Part shown: positions 46,299-55,585 of the stretch, in pieces
How positions within the stretch are numbered: the first letter of the stretch is position 1
How the letters are laid out: each line of letters begins with the position of its first letter
Source of the DNA: Gemmatimonadota bacterium
GTDB taxonomy: Bacteria; Gemmatimonadota; Gemmatimonadetes; Gemmatimonadales; GWC2-71-9
NCBI GenBank assembly: GCA_040388535.1
Contig: JAZKBR010000004.1
Coordinates: forward strand, 463,699 to 527,698
Direction of reading: 5' to 3'
DNA: 64,000 bases
The notes under the pieces: model-generated
The model's input: only the letters and a program-made list of their open reading frames with translations
The model's database searches: none
Told to the model about the DNA's origin: nothing
Position numbers and translations under genes: made by a program

Positions 46299-47554
46299 GG
46301 CTTCACCCCTGGGCGACGCGCGAGCAGATAGCGACGCCGCTCGAGCAACCGATCGACATCGGCATCGAGCGAGGCGAGCGCTGCAGCCTGGGTCTGGCTG
46401 CCGCGCACGGCGGTCTCGGTGCGATCCATCACCTTGGTGGTGACCTGTTCCCACTCGGGTACCATCGGTGTCGGCACTGCGCGGCCAAGCTGGATCCGGA
46501 ATGCATCCGCCTCGCGATCCGCGGCGAGAGCGGAATCCGCCCACGCTTCCTTGCGCGCCGGCAAATCCCCGCTGAGACGGTAGAACTTCGCCTGCTGATC
46601 CGGGCGCGAGAGGTAGCGCACCAACTCGAGCGCCAGCGCCGTGTGCTTCGACGATTTGAACACCACCAGCGACGCCCCGCCAGCGAGCGACACTCCGGAA
46701 GCCGCACCAGTCGGCCCTGGCAGCGGCGCGGTGGCCCAGGCGTCCTGCAATTCCGGTGGCAGGCGCCGGCGGAATTCGCCGAGATTCCACGGGCCGGTGA
46801 TGTACATCGAGAAAGTCGCGCGACCGAATTCCTGATAGAGGTTTGCGATCTCGGTGCTGCTCACCGGCGGGGCGAGCCCCTCGCGAAAGAGTGCCACGAG
46901 GAACGCGAACGCCTTGGCATACTCGGCCTGCCGGAAGACGCCGAAGCCATTGGAGTCGATGAGGGCGGAGCCTTGTTGCAACCCGAGGATCGCCATCGGC
47001 GGCCATTCGTTCACGGGCAAGTAGAGCGCGTACTTGTCGGGGCCCACCACGCGCTTCACGGCCCGCATCGCCGCGAGCCAGTCGGTCCAATTGTCGGGCA
47101 TCGTCGCGTAGCCCGCCTTCGCGAGGATGTCCTTCCGGTAGAAGAGCACGCGGGTGTCGACGTACCACGGCACGCCGTAGATGGTGTCGTTAACGCGATT
47201 GGTCGCAAGAATGCCCGGGAAGTAGGAGCTGTCGGGAAGCCCGCCTGCCACCGGCGCCAGCGCACCAAGGGTCACCATCTCCGGGATCCAGGTGTTACCG
47301 AGCTGAGCGACATCGGGCGTCGCGCGACCGACGATGGCGGTCAGCAGTTTCTCGTGTGCCGCCGTCCACGGGATCTGCTGCACCCGCACGTGCACGCCGG
47401 GGTGCTCGCGCTCGAAGCCACGCACGAGCTCCTGCACCACTTCGCCTTCACGACCAAAGGCCCAGAAGCGAAGCGTTGCCTCCTGTCGTGGACCACCACA
47501 CCCCGATGCAGCTGCCAGCAGGGCGAGCGCGCCCAGCGCGATACGATGATTCAC
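46295..47554 (-). CDS. ABC transporter extracellular sugar-binding lipoprotein (family 1 SBP)
   Basis: Lipobox ALLAAASGCGG, then ATLRFWAFGREGEVV...IPWTAAHEKLLTA...DVAQLGNTWIPE. GTG start overlaps the GH144-like stop (GTGA). Confidence 0.8.
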   Translation of the reverse strand: MNHRIALGALALLAAASGCGGPRQEATLRFWAFGREGEVVQELVRGFEREHPGVHVRVQQIPWTAAHEKLLTAIVGRATPDVAQLGNTWIPEMVTLGALAPVAGGLPDSSYFPGILATNRVNDTIYGVPWYVDTRVLFYRKDILAKAGYATMPDNWTDWLAAMRAVKRVVGPDKYALYLPVNEWPPMAILGLQQGSALIDSNGFGVFRQAEYAKAFAFLVALFREGLAPPVSSTEIANLYQEFGRATFSMYITGPWNLGEFRRRLPPELQDAWATAPLPGPTGAASGVSLAGGASLVVFKSSKHTALALELVRYLSRPDQQAKFYRLSGDLPARKEAWADSALAADREADAFRIQLGRAVPTPMVPEWEQVTTKVMDRTETAVRGSQTQAAALASLDADVDRLLERRRYLLARRPGVKP

Positions 47555-48987
47555 TTCGCCTGGTCCAGCCAGCCGCCGCGGAAACCGGCGCGCTTGAGGC
47601 CCTGCACCAGATAGGGGCTCTTGCGCATGTACTTCCAGACCAGATCGGAGCGGTGATTGGCGATCATCGCGACAATGGGCCCCTGGTCGATACCGAGGTA
47701 GTCGGTGTCGAACCACCCCTTGCCGGGAATGAGACGTCCCTGGGACACCGGCACATCGGTCCATTGCCACGTCGGGTTGAAGGCATCGACGAACCCGTAC
47801 TCACCGAATAGCGCGTCGCCGTAACTCTCGCGCATCGTGACCAGTGCGGGTCCGACGATTTCAGGCGCGAAGGCGATCGAGCCGCCAGCTGCGGTTGGCG
47901 CGATGGTGCCGTCGTCGCGGATCTCGGTGTAGCTCGCCCCGCGCGCGGCGTAGGTAAAGAAGCGACGGTCGCGCCCCTTCACTGCGTGCGTCGCATCGGC
48001 CGGACCATCGGATGCCGAGAGTCCCCACGTATTGGCGCCATAACCTGTCCAGCCATCCGGGTTGGCGACGGCGTAGTTGCGTTGGGCAATGGTGGCGCGA
48101 CGTGAATTCTCGAAGTAATCGATCCCCTTGCCGCGCATGAAGCTGTCGGCAATGCCGCGGAAGTCGACCCAGACTTGCGAGTAGTGGTGGCCGAACATCG
48201 GCGCGAAGCCGACGTGCTGCTGCCCCTGGAACTCACCCCAGGTATAGGTGGAGGTCCAGGCATCCCACGCCTCGTTCGCCACAGGGTGCGTTGGAGAACC
48301 GAGTGCGAGGAGGTAGACCAGCATCGCCTCGTTCATCCCGCGCCAGTCGAGATGGTGGAACCCCTGCTCGGGATACCACCCCATCGTCACAAGTGGCGGC
48401 CGCGGCTGTGCCCATGCCCAGTCGACTCGGCGGTAGAGCGAATCGGCATAGGCGCGAATGGCGGGCTCAGAACCGCTCTCGCGATCGAAGTACTGCTGGG
48501 CGAAGAGCACCCCGGCCATCAGCAGCGCCGTGTCGATGGTCGAGAGTTCCACGGTCTGGAACCGGGTGCCGTCCGCAGGGTTGAGAAAATGATAGAAGAA
48601 GCCCTGGTATCCACCGGTCCCGGAGGCCGCCGCCCCCTGCCGAAGATTCCAGAAGAAGCGCAGTGTGGTCAGAGTACGCTCAGCCGCGGCCTCGCGGCTG
48701 ACGTACCCCTGCTCCGCGCCGATCCCGTAGGCCGTGAGCGCGAAGCCAACGGCGGCAATGCTCGAGAATGACTGTGTCGGCCAGCGATCCGGCGTGAGGC
48801 CGGTGTTCGCCGGAGTCTTCTCCCAGAAGAACTTGAAGGTGCGCTGGGAAAGGGTATCGAGGAATGCATCGACCCGCGGCGCGGTGACCGTGGCGGCCGG
48901 TTCCATCGTCGTGGTACTGCAGCCGGCCAGCACGGCGACGACAAAGGTTGCGGCAAGGATGGGGCGAGTGGTGCAGAGTGAGCTCAT
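47551..48987 (-). CDS. GH144-like protein (endo-beta-1,2-glucanase family, often annotated 'putative glucoamylase'), lipoprotein
   Basis: Lipobox VAVLAGCS. Family-like segments FKFFWEKTPANTGLTPDRWP, SIAAVGFALTAYG, GFFYHFLNPADGTRF...ELSTIDTALLMAGVLF. The assignment is from memory of the family and needs an HMM check. Confidence 0.55.
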   Translation of the reverse strand: MSSLCTTRPILAATFVVAVLAGCSTTTMEPAATVTAPRVDAFLDTLSQRTFKFFWEKTPANTGLTPDRWPTQSFSSIAAVGFALTAYGIGAEQGYVSREAAAERTLTTLRFFWNLRQGAAASGTGGYQGFFYHFLNPADGTRFQTVELSTIDTALLMAGVLFAQQYFDRESGSEPAIRAYADSLYRRVDWAWAQPRPPLVTMGWYPEQGFHHLDWRGMNEAMLVYLLALGSPTHPVANEAWDAWTSTYTWGEFQGQQHVGFAPMFGHHYSQVWVDFRGIADSFMRGKGIDYFENSRRATIAQRNYAVANPDGWTGYGANTWGLSASDGPADATHAVKGRDRRFFTYAARGASYTEIRDDGTIAPTAAGGSIAFAPEIVGPALVTMRESYGDALFGEYGFVDAFNPTWQWTDVPVSQGRLIPGKGWFDTDYLGIDQGPIVAMIANHRSDLVWKYMRKSPYLVQGLKRAGFRGGWLDQAK

Positions 48988-49050
48988 CGGATCGCCCCAG
49001 AGGGTGGAGCAGCGATGGGGCACCGGTCTGGTGCCCCACCGCCATTCAGG

Positions 49051-51990
49051 TCAGAAAGTGTATTCGGCGCCGAGCTGGATCCGGCGAGCATCGGTCACGA
49101 CGCAGCCGGCCTTGCCGAAGTTCTCCTTGTCGTTCGGGTCGCCCGTATTGTAGCAACCGAGGTTGGCGCGGTTGAACGCATTGAACATATCCACCGTCAG
49201 GCCCAACGTGCCGCGGCCGAACGACGGCAAGTCTTTCCGCAACCGCATATCGACATTCCGGTACGGGAAGGTCCCCGGCACGGTGTAGCCGCCGCGAATG
49301 TACCCAGCCCCGCAGAAGCGACCCGGGCAGCCGACGTCGATCTTGTACTTGCCGCCGAAGGTGGCAAGGCCCGAGAACTGGATGCCGAAAAGATACGGCA
49401 GATCGACAATCCAGTTCGCCACGACGCGATGCTGCTCGTCGTTGGACGGGTGCTTCGGGATCCCCAGCGCGTTCGGGAAGGCGAAGACATCACCCAGATT
49501 GTCGACACCCTGCAACGAGCGGGTTGCGTACGTGTACGCTACGCCGACGCCCCAGCCGAGATCCTTGGTCGACGCGCGACGATACGGGCGGTCGATCTGC
49601 ACCTGGAGTGCGTCGTACCAGGTCTTTCCGTCGTTGGTGCTGTAAATGAAGTTGCTGAAGCCGTGCGCACCGAGATCGAAGTTGTCGCAGCAACCGCCGG
49701 TGGAGTTCAGCTTGAAGTTGGCCCAGTTGAGGGTCATCTGGTCCACACCGCGAACGCCCGCATAGGTCGCCGACACCGCCCAGTCCGCGATCAGCTGACG
49801 AAGCCCGACGTTGAACTGCGTCGACTTGGGGCTCTTGGCCTTGTTGTCGATGAGCCAGGCCTCCGGCGTACCGACGCTGTGCACCAATGCGTCGAGCGTG
49901 GACTTGCTCGCCGTGAGGTATGCGTCGCTCCACGCCACCTGATTCCCGGTCGGTGCCACGCCGCGCGGTGCGAACTTCACCGTATAGGTCGGGTGGGCGA
50001 GCTTCTGGGTCTCGTCGACAGCGAAGAGGTCGAACTGCGACCGGTCGTAGTAGATGCCGAATCCGCCGAAGAGCGTGGTCTTGCCGGCCTTGTCGAACGA
50101 GTACGAGAAGCCGAGGCGCGGCTGGATCGCGCCATAGAATGGCTTCCGCTGCGAGCCATCGGTGGTGTACCGGGTCAGGTCGAGCGGCGTCATCAGCTGA
50201 TTGTTGTAGCGCGTCAGCGTGTCGACGACGTTCTTCGGAGTCACGTAGTCATAGTTGAGCATGTGCGACTCGTAATCCCAGCGCACGCCGAGGTTGAACG
50301 TGAGGCGCTCGGACGGGCTCCAGTCATCCTGCAGGTAGAGACCGACCTGATTGTTGTTCGCGTTCAGGTTCGGGTCGCCGGTGCCGTACCGGAGTTCACC
50401 CGGGGAACCGAAGTTGTAGGTCGAGCCGTCCTGCGTCGCGTTGTAGACGAAGCGCGGCGTGCCGTCGTTGTCCTTGAGAATGTCGTACTTCACGAGGTCG
50501 AACGAGGCCCCCATCTTGATCACGTGCCGACCAGCCATCTCGAGGCCTGAGTAGGTCAGGTCATCGCGGAAGCCGATGCGCTTCTGGAGGAAGTCCTGGG
50601 TGCTCGAGTTGCTGCCGATGACCGCCTGCCCACCGCTGTAGTTGTACTCGCGGGTCGCGATGCCGGCCTCGTTCGGGCTCGGGTTCCGGCGGAAACGCGA
50701 GTAATCCACCTTCGCCTCGTTGAGCCATGCGCCCATGAACGAGTTGTACTTGAGCTGGGCGATGGTCACGTTCTGGCGGTAGTTGACGGCGGTCTGGAAG
50801 GCGTTGTTACCGCCGAAGTCGCGGATGTCGGTCTCGTGGCGATTGCTGAACGAGAGCTCCATCTGTGACTTGGTCGACGGGGCATAGTCGAGCTTGGTGA
50901 AGATCAGCGACTCCCGGAATGGTGAGCCGAATTCGCCGTTGTACTTCGCGAGATTCACGGTGTCGAGCGCCGGGAAGCCGGTTGGCGGGGTGTTGATCGC
51001 CACGCGGTTGTTGCGATTCTGGGTATTGCCTTCGTACGACGCGAAGATGTGCGCCTTGTCCTTGATGATCGGACCGCCGAACGAGAGCGCCATCAGCGTG
51101 CGGTTGTAATCCGGCTTCTTGTAGTTCGGATTGGTGCTCTTGTCCTTGACCTGGAACGAGTCGAGCGCGACGAAACCTTCATTCTGGTATCCGACCAGTG
51201 CGTTGCCGGTCCAGATGTTCGAGCCCGACTTGGTGGTCGCGGTGATGATCGCGCTCGAGGACTTCTGATACTCGGCCTTGAAGTTCTGCGAGATGACCCG
51301 GTATTCCTGGATCGCGTTGCGCGGGAACGGATTGCCGCGCGAGGCGTCCTGTCCGCTCACACCACCGGCCGTGAGGTCGTTCTTGAGCGAGGTCCCGTCA
51401 ATGAACAGGTTGACGGAGCTGGGTCCCTGACCGCCGGCCGAGAATGTCCGGAAGTTGCCGCTCACGCGATCCTCGGTGACCGTGACGCCCGGGGCCAGCG
51501 CGGCAAGATCGAGGAAGTTGCGGCTCGGCGTGGGCAGCTTGCTGATCTGCGCCGAGCTCACGTTGGTGGCGACTTCGGAGGTGCGTGTCTCCGTGGTCGG
51601 CGCCGCTGTGACAGCGATTTCGGCCAGGGTGACGGCGCGCTGCTCCAGCGCGAAGTTCTGCTCGATCGTGGTGCCGATCTGCACCACCACGACACGGCTC
51701 TGGGCACCACTGCCGACCCGGCGAGCGGTGAGTTCATAGGTGGCCGGAATCAGGCCTGGCAGCACATAGCCACCGTCGCCGCGTGCCTGTGCGGTGCGAA
51801 CGACGCCGCTCGCGATGTTCTTCGCGATCACCTCGGCCCCAGTCGCCGCCTTGCCGTCGAGGGTGATCGTCCCTCGAATGGTGCCGGTCGAATTCTGGGC
51901 GGACACCGGACCGACCAGCAACACGGCGAAGAGCGCCATACTGATGGCCAGAAACCGGTTGAGGTGGTTACGCATTCCTCGAGTGTTCAT
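49051..51990 (-). CDS. TonB-dependent outer-membrane receptor with N-terminal carboxypeptidase-regulatory-like domain
   Basis: Signal peptide. [24 protein letters not shown] (CarbopepD_reg-like). Plug and 22-strand barrel length. C-terminal aromatic terminus ...[10 protein letters not shown]. Confidence 0.85.
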   Translation of the reverse strand: MNTRGMRNHLNRFLAISMALFAVLLVGPVSAQNSTGTIRGTITLDGKAATGAEVIAKNIASGVVRTAQARGDGGYVLPGLIPATYELTARRVGSGAQSRVVVVQIGTTIEQNFALEQRAVTLAEIAVTAAPTTETRTSEVATNVSSAQISKLPTPSRNFLDLAALAPGVTVTEDRVSGNFRTFSAGGQGPSSVNLFIDGTSLKNDLTAGGVSGQDASRGNPFPRNAIQEYRVISQNFKAEYQKSSSAIITATTKSGSNIWTGNALVGYQNEGFVALDSFQVKDKSTNPNYKKPDYNRTLMALSFGGPIIKDKAHIFASYEGNTQNRNNRVAINTPPTGFPALDTVNLAKYNGEFGSPFRESLIFTKLDYAPSTKSQMELSFSNRHETDIRDFGGNNAFQTAVNYRQNVTIAQLKYNSFMGAWLNEAKVDYSRFRRNPSPNEAGIATREYNYSGGQAVIGSNSSTQDFLQKRIGFRDDLTYSGLEMAGRHVIKMGASFDLVKYDILKDNDGTPRFVYNATQDGSTYNFGSPGELRYGTGDPNLNANNNQVGLYLQDDWSPSERLTFNLGVRWDYESHMLNYDYVTPKNVVDTLTRYNNQLMTPLDLTRYTTDGSQRKPFYGAIQPRLGFSYSFDKAGKTTLFGGFGIYYDRSQFDLFAVDETQKLAHPTYTVKFAPRGVAPTGNQVAWSDAYLTASKSTLDALVHSVGTPEAWLIDNKAKSPKSTQFNVGLRQLIADWAVSATYAGVRGVDQMTLNWANFKLNSTGGCCDNFDLGAHGFSNFIYSTNDGKTWYDALQVQIDRPYRRASTKDLGWGVGVAYTYATRSLQGVDNLGDVFAFPNALGIPKHPSNDEQHRVVANWIVDLPYLFGIQFSGLATFGGKYKIDVGCPGRFCGAGYIRGGYTVPGTFPYRNVDMRLRKDLPSFGRGTLGLTVDMFNAFNRANLGCYNTGDPNDKENFGKAGCVVTDARRIQLGAEYTF

Positions 51991-52024
51991 ACAACCTCCC
52001 TCCAAGGTGGACTACGGTACTGCG

Positions 52025-53056
52025 CTATTGCGGAATCGGGGGCCCGGCCGGTGCAGCCCGGGCACCGCAAGACCGGCGCACGACGAGGGTCGTCGTGGCG
52101 GTTTCACGGATGAGAGCGCGGCGGCCCGGGTGACGAAGCTCCGAGACCAGTGCCGCTGTAGCGCGCTCCCCGAGCGCGCTGATGTCAACGTGTACCGAAC
52201 TGAGCGCCGGCTCGACATAGCGCGCCATGGGGATGTCGTCGAACCCCCCGATGGCGATGTCATCCGGGACCCGGAGTCCGGCCTCACGCAGGGCGAAGAG
52301 CGCCCCGATGGCCATGCCGTCGTTGGCCGCGAAGATCGCGGTCGGGCGTGGTTGCAGTCGCAGTAGTGTCTGCGCTCCGGCAGCGCCGGCGGCTTCGCTG
52401 AAGTCGCCGGGCACGATGAGTTCATCGAGCACCGGGAGTCCGCTGTCGGCAAGTGCCGCGCGATAGCCACGCAGCCGCTCGGTCGCGTCGAAGTTCCCCG
52501 CTTCTCCGGTCAGGATCGCAATGCGCTGGTGGCCGAGGGACGCGAGGTGACGGACCATGCTGTAGGCCCCCTCGTAGTTCTCGACGTTGATGGCATTGTG
52601 GGGTGTTTCGGAGGGCGGGCAGTTCAGCAGGACGACAGGGAAACCGGCGGGGAGCGCTCGCCGGGAAAGCTCACCGGTAAACTCGGGCGACATCAGCACC
52701 AGGCCGTCGACCCGGCCGCGCATCGCGCGAAGCGCTGCCTCCAGGGTCGGGCCACTATGGCGCGCGCTGGAGACAATGCATTGGTACCCCTCGAGCTGGG
52801 CCGTCTGGTCGATGCCGCGCATCACTTCCGAGAAGAACTCGCCGTAGAGGTCCGGGAGCAGGACGCCGATGGTATGGGTCCGGTTGGTGATCAGTGAACG
52901 GGCGCCACCGTGCGGGGTGTAATGCAGCCTGGCCGCCGCGGCCCTGACCCGGTCGCGGGTCTCGGGGGCCACCAGATCGTCGCGATTGAGGGCGCGCGAA
53001 GCAGTGGCGATCGAGACCCCGGCATCCCGGGCGACTTCCCTGATGGTGACGCTCAA
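52025..53056 (-). CDS. LacI-family transcriptional regulator
   Basis: HTH VTIREVARDAGVSIATASRALN, followed by a periplasmic-binding-protein-like sugar-binding core. TTG start at 53056 inferred. The longer ORF upstream is Arg/Pro/Gly-rich. Confidence 0.85.
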   Translation of the reverse strand: MSVTIREVARDAGVSIATASRALNRDDLVAPETRDRVRAAAARLHYTPHGGARSLITNRTHTIGVLLPDLYGEFFSEVMRGIDQTAQLEGYQCIVSSARHSGPTLEAALRAMRGRVDGLVLMSPEFTGELSRRALPAGFPVVLLNCPPSETPHNAINVENYEGAYSMVRHLASLGHQRIAILTGEAGNFDATERLRGYRAALADSGLPVLDELIVPGDFSEAAGAAGAQTLLRLQPRPTAIFAANDGMAIGALFALREAGLRVPDDIAIGGFDDIPMARYVEPALSSVHVDISALGERATAALVSELRHPGRRALIRETATTTLVVRRSCGARAAPAGPPIPQ

Positions 53057-53141
53057 GAGGACTCTGCCGGGCTCGTGGGAGGTGAGCGGACCGGGCACCC
53101 GACCGGATCGCCCGCCGGGGTGCCGGCGAGCTGATTGAGCG

Positions 53142-53179
53142 AATGCAAACGTTTTCGGTGATATGTAAACGTTTGCATT
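53142..53179. promoter_or_regulatory. Two tandem LacI-type operators inside a perfect 13-bp inverted repeat
   Basis: AATGCAAACGTTT - N12 - AAACGTTTGCATT. Each arm contains a TGNAAACGTTTNCA-like palindrome (TGCAAACGTTTTCG and TGTAAACGTTTGCA), with centres about 20 bp apart. It lies in an AT-richer patch ~90 nt upstream of the lacI-family start. Confidence 0.55.
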
Positions 53180-53350
53180 TGTTCGGATTTGCGCAAGGGG
53201 GAGGGCGCAGAGACTAATGCCACCACCGCAGTGCTCCCCCTCCCTGATCCCTGGTCTCCTGTCTCTAGTCTCTGGTCGGATGTCGCCCCCGGCAGGGATC
53301 CCCCGCATCTCCCGGTACTGATCCCTACCCTCCGACCCGGAGTCTTACCG

Positions 53351-54016
53351 ATGTCCCAACTGATCCGCCGCAGCGGGTTTGCCAATACCCTGCTCCTTGC
53401 CACTACAGTCGTCAGCGGCGCGCTGCTCCTCCGCGGCGCGACCCCGGCCGCCCCTGCCACCACCGCGACTGTTCCCGCCGGCGATGCCTGGCTCACCAAG
53501 CTCACCGCCAAGCACCGGCAGCTCTTCGACACCCCGACCTCGAACGGTGGCGTCCCGCTGGTGCACCTGATGAACTACTACGACACCTGGAACAAGGCGT
53601 ACGCGGTTCCCGACAAGGAGATCAACGGTGTCCTGACCTTTTACGGCGCCACAACCTTCTTCGGACTCTCGGATGCGATGTGGTCGAAGTACCAGCTGGG
53701 CGCCTTCCTGAACGAGAAGGACGCGGCCGGCACGCCGTTCACCGCCAATCCCTGGCGCAGCAACCCGGTGATTCTCGGGATGAAGCTCGCCCCGGCGAGT
53801 ATCGAATCGATGCAGAAGCGCGGCGCGACCTTCATCATCTGCAATAACGCGCTGACGATCTTCTCCGGCATGGTCGCGCAGGCGCGCGGGCTCGACGCTA
53901 ACGCCGTCTATGCGGACATGAAGTCGAACATCCTGCCTAACGTCACGCTGGTTCCGGGTATGGTGGTGGCGATCGAGCAGGCGCAGCGTGCGGGTCTCAC
54001 CTATCACCGCCAGTAA
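53351..54016 (+). CDS. Tat-exported DsrE/DsrF-like family protein (tentative)
   Basis: Twin-arginine motif MSQLIRRSGFANTLLLA. The body (KHRQLFD..., GATFIICNNAL, VPGMVVAIEQAQRAGLTY) resembles periplasmic DsrE-fold proteins. The assignment is from pattern memory only. Confidence 0.4.
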   Translation: MSQLIRRSGFANTLLLATTVVSGALLLRGATPAAPATTATVPAGDAWLTKLTAKHRQLFDTPTSNGGVPLVHLMNYYDTWNKAYAVPDKEINGVLTFYGATTFFGLSDAMWSKYQLGAFLNEKDAAGTPFTANPWRSNPVILGMKLAPASIESMQKRGATFIICNNALTIFSGMVAQARGLDANAVYADMKSNILPNVTLVPGMVVAIEQAQRAGLTYHRQ

Positions 54017-54047
54017 ACTGCTGCGACTGGTCCGCGACGAGCCGCGT

Positions 54048-54917
54048 ATGGCATTTCCTTGCGACAACAGTACCGGCGGCGCCGTCGCGCGGCTGACCCT
54101 GGTGGCGAGCGATGGCTTCCCGCTCGCCGCCATTCGTTACCGGGCGCAGGGCGAGACGAAAGGCGTCGTGATCATCGCCCCGGCGACCGGCGTCCGGCAG
54201 AAGTACTACGGCGCCTTCGCATCCTGGCTCGCCAGTCGTGGTTACGACGCGATTACCTGGGACTGGCGCGGCGTCGGTGATTCCCGTCACGAGATGGTGC
54301 CAGGTGACCAACGGCTCACTATGCGAGCCTGGGGTGAGCGCGACCTCGAGGCGGCGCTGGTCTGGGGAAAGTGTCGCGCCGCCGGTCGACCGCTGCACTT
54401 CGTGGGACACTCCTTCGGCGGCCAGGCCCTCGGCCTCGCTGCGTCGGCCCCGGCGGTGACACGGGCCGTGATGATTGGCGCAGGCGAGGGGTATTTCGGA
54501 CATTGGCCGGTGCCGACTCGGTGGGCCCTCGCGGCGTTCTGGTACGGAGTCATGCCGACCCTCGCCTCGCTCCTTGGTTATTTCCCGTCGTCCCGGTTCG
54601 GTCTGGGTGAAGATCTGCCCAGCGGAGTCGCCCGGGACTGGGCGCGATGGTGCCGGAACCCGGAGTATCTCGGGACCTGGGGAGGACACGCCCGGCTCAC
54701 CCTGCCGGTGATGGCCTACTCCTTCAGCGACGACTGGATCGCCCCCCACCGCGCCGTCGATGCCTTGCTCGGGCGCTATCCCTCGGCGCGAAAGACTCAC
54801 TGGCACCTCACCCCGCGCCATCTGGGAACCGAGGCAATCGGCCATTTCGGCTTCTTCCGCGAAGGGGTGACACCGAAGCTCTGGCGGGAAAGCGCCGACT
54901 TCTTCGACGCCGGATAA
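54048..54917 (+). CDS. Alpha/beta-hydrolase fold protein
   Basis: Nucleophile elbow FVGHSFGG. Upstream VVIIAPATGV...WDWRGVGDS, typical of the fold. Start taken at MAFPCDN. Confidence 0.7.
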   Translation: MAFPCDNSTGGAVARLTLVASDGFPLAAIRYRAQGETKGVVIIAPATGVRQKYYGAFASWLASRGYDAITWDWRGVGDSRHEMVPGDQRLTMRAWGERDLEAALVWGKCRAAGRPLHFVGHSFGGQALGLAASAPAVTRAVMIGAGEGYFGHWPVPTRWALAAFWYGVMPTLASLLGYFPSSRFGLGEDLPSGVARDWARWCRNPEYLGTWGGHARLTLPVMAYSFSDDWIAPHRAVDALLGRYPSARKTHWHLTPRHLGTEAIGHFGFFREGVTPKLWRESADFFDAG

Positions 54918-54991
54918 CCGTGCCGGGCCGGGACGATCGGCAAGGCTTTGTGGACGAATTTCCACTGCCCTGAACAGGGCGGGGGGCTAAA

Positions 54992-55585
54992 TTGATCGCT
55001 CAACTTGACGGGCCGGGTATCCAGATGACACCTGCGGCGCTTCCTCACCGTTCCTACGAGCTCGACGCCTCGACCGAGGCGCTCTTCCTGCGTTTGTACA
55101 GCGAGCTGCGCCGAATCGCCGACCACCTGCTTCGGCGCGAAGCCGTCGGTCATACCCTCCAGCCCACCGCCCTCGTCCACGAAGCCTGGTTCAAGCTCGC
55201 CGGCCCCGGCGCGCCCGAGCCGGTTGACAGGGGTCACTTCCTGGCGCTTGCCGCCCGCGCCATGCGGCAGGTGCTCGTCGACAGCGCACGTCGGCGGCGC
55301 GCCGCCAAGCGAAAGGGCGAGCCGGTCCATATCAGTGTGGCTGATGGTGCCTTGACCTTCGCCCTGCCACTTGATGACCTCATCGCCGTCGATGATGCAC
55401 TGGTTCGCCTCGCGAGCAACGACGAACGACTGGCACGCGTGGTCGAGCTGCGCTTCTTCGCCGGGCTCTCCGAGGACGAAATCGCCGCGGCGCTGAATGT
55501 GACCACCCGGACGGTGCAACGCGACTGGGTGAAGGCCCGCGCCTGGCTGCATTCCGAATTGGCAAGCGAGCCGCCCGCGAAATGA
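54992..55585 (+). CDS. ECF sigma factor of the kinase-associated type (ECF43/TIGR02999-like)
   Basis: LYSELRRIADHLLRRE..GHTLQPTALVHEAWFKL, and region 4 ARVVELRFFAGLSEDEIAAALNVTTRTVQRDWVKARAWL. ATGA overlap with the downstream Ser/Thr kinase. No anti-sigma gene is present. Confidence 0.8.
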   Translation: MIAQLDGPGIQMTPAALPHRSYELDASTEALFLRLYSELRRIADHLLRREAVGHTLQPTALVHEAWFKLAGPGAPEPVDRGHFLALAARAMRQVLVDSARRRRAAKRKGEPVHISVADGALTFALPLDDLIAVDDALVRLASNDERLARVVELRFFAGLSEDEIAAALNVTTRTVQRDWVKARAWLHSELASEPPAK

